64,000 bases of DNA, from assembly GCF_001194135.2 (NCBI RefSeq), contig NC_068984.1, positions 56,002,237 to 56,066,236 of the forward strand, given 5' to 3'. The DNA comes from Octopus bimaculoides. Lineage: Eukaryota. Made by a program: the position numbers and the translations under genes. Shown here one piece after another: positions 61,981 through 64,000 of this stretch. Every line of letters begins with the position of its first letter. The first letter of the stretch is position 1. The notes beneath the pieces were generated by a model. That model was given only the letters and a program-made list of their open reading frames with translations, was not told the DNA's origin and did not search any database.

Positions 61981-62678
61981 TTAACAGCAGCATTAGAGCA
62001 CTTTAGCTCTTATTTCTAGCAACATAGGTGTTTCCTAACACCCTAGTCACATTTATTGACAATTATAATTCTCTTTTTTGTGAAACATTGCAAACTGTTG
62101 TTTATATTAATTTAATGTGTATATATGTATGTACAATCATATGACTGTTTGGGTTTTTTTTTCCCCCTTTCAATACTGGCATGGGTTTGACCAGTTTACA
62201 ATATGGTATATCTTTGTCACTCTTCTCAATCTTCTGATATCGAAAAGGTGAAGCTTAACATCTTTCTACACAATTACTCATTTGTTTTCTTTAGCTCCCC
62301 TTGTAGATTCCTTTATCAATGCATAGTATGCTTTTGCAGGGCATGCTGCCATGTACATTTGCATCACATATTCATATAGGTGCAGCTGTCTATCTATAAT
62401 GCATTGGATGAGACCTTTGATATTAAGCTGATTATTCAGCTAACTGCACATAAAAAACACATATGCATACTCTTTCCATACCATTTAAATTTGCACATCT
62501 AACAGATTATATATTAATATAATTATCAGTATTATATTAATCTCTTCAGTTTGTCTATTGTATGTCTCCAAACGATGACAAAACAAATGAACTGATGACT
62601 AGATTATCATATTCTCCATACAAACTGAACTCTAATAATTAACAAAATACTGAACAAAAATACTCTTCATTAGCAATA

Positions 62679-62722
<44 letters not shown>

Positions 62723-62824
62723 GATTTGACTCAGGTTTGTTCTTATTCCTGGTAGAATTTTTTTGGATAGTGGGTTACTACCTGTATATATATATCGTCA
62801 TCGCCACCGCCGCCGCAGTTGTCG

Positions 62825-63060
62825 TCATCGTCATTATTATTAAGGTAGTGAGCTGGGATAGCACACCAGGCAAAATACTCTGTGACATTTTATCCATCTA
62901 TACGTTCGGAGTTCAAATTCCACCAAGGTCAGCCTTGCCTTTCATGCTTTTGAGATTGATAAAATAAATAGCAGTTAAGGTACCAGTGGAACACTGGGGT
63001 TGATGTGACCGAATTACCCTCACCCCCAAAATTGCTGATCTTCTTTCAATTTTGTTGCCA
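62825..63060 (+). mobile_element. SINE family B copy
   Basis: GGAGTTCAAATTCC..TTGCCTTTCATGC..ACTGGGGTTGATGT. Confidence 0.75.
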
Positions 63061-63389
63061 TTTCTTGCCAAGTGTCCTCCCAACACCTTGGGCAAAAAAA
63101 AAAACACACTGTATACATTGGTAGGCCATTAAAATAAACACACCAAACAGTTCATTTACAAAGTTGTGTGATAGAAAAAAAAAAGGGAAGAAAGACAGGG
63201 GAAAGAAGGAAAAAAAGAAAAAATGGAAAAAGAAAACAAAGAAAAAAGGGAAAGCAAAGAAAATACACAGTGACATTGCTCTTCTTAATACGTGTTACAT
63301 ACCAGTTATGACAATTTTTTACACTTCCTGCATCGATGGTATATCAGGGATTATTATCATTATTATTATTATTATTATTATCATTATTG

Positions 63390-63941
63390 AGTGAGAGAGC
63401 AGTGCATGCCATCAAAGTGACACTGGGGTAAAATATACAAAGCCCAATATACCCATCATGACTACCTGTCTGATAAGGGTACACCAGGCACATGCATCAC
63501 AACCATATGTGCACGACATGGTGATCTCATATGAAGATAAACAGCGCATGACCTCGCATGTGGGGTCCAGTTAGAATTTTTTTCAGGTCGAGTAGCCCAT
63601 CCCGTTCAAAAGGTCCCTGAATAAGGGTTGTTTAAGGATGTTGAGTGAAACACCCATGTTTCCAGTGGTGAATTATTCAAACCCCAAAGAATTCCTGTCA
63701 ACACATGGCTATGATGCTCCCCTACCACTTCAGTTTGTGATCAGAGATGCATATATCATCAGCCACCAAGGGACAAGTTCAACTGGTTAAGGTCAAACAA
63801 CTGACAAGCAAATCTGTGGTATTAAGCAGAATATTTGCTGTAGCCCATCTTTTATACCAAGACAAAATAACGTACATGATAACACTTCCAATCAATTAAG
63901 ATCAGAAGCCATGAGAGCCACTGCCTGGTACTGCATCAGGG

Positions 63942-63945
<4 letters not shown>
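63390..63945. mobile_element. Unclassified ~550-bp element bracketed by (ATT)n tracts
   Basis: Sharp compositional boundaries at both (ATT)n tracts; looks like an octopus interspersed repeat by recollection; no TIR or ORF seen. Confidence 0.5.
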
Positions 63946-63978
<33 letters not shown>

Positions 63979-64000
63979 TAGTTTTATTTTTATAACGTGC

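Noticed and set aside
1-64000. CRISPR arrays, operons, rRNA or other prokaryotic systems
   Set aside because: No repeat-spacer arrays, coding density or rRNA motifs; the sequence is plainly repeat-rich animal DNA.

Overview
AT-rich, microsatellite-dense eukaryotic draft scaffold with 14 N-gaps. The repeat families point to a coleoid cephalopod, most likely Octopus (inferred from recognising the repeats, not from a search). There is no long intact ORF; almost all entries in the supplied ORF track are microsatellite, N-gap or SINE artefacts. The window is mostly decayed mobile DNA: at least five SINE-like families, RTE-LINE 3' remnants, and DNA transposon relics (maT/DD37D, mariner, Tigger/pogo, a Merlin-like MITE). 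Short minus-strand segments with consensus splice sites suggest a long-intron host gene that I cannot name. The most striking unexplained structure is a set of hammerhead-ribozyme motifs from three separate repeat families. These are (i) a near-intact extended type I hammerhead at 14347-14416; (ii) a 521-bp palindromic element at 42897-43417, made of two divergent tRNA-like heads each followed by a hammerhead-like core, inserted as one unit with a 13-bp target-site duplication; and (iii) a two-copy family sharing an A6U core variant (17.4 kb and 60.0 kb). Repeat boundaries are approximate unless TIR/TSD positions are given.
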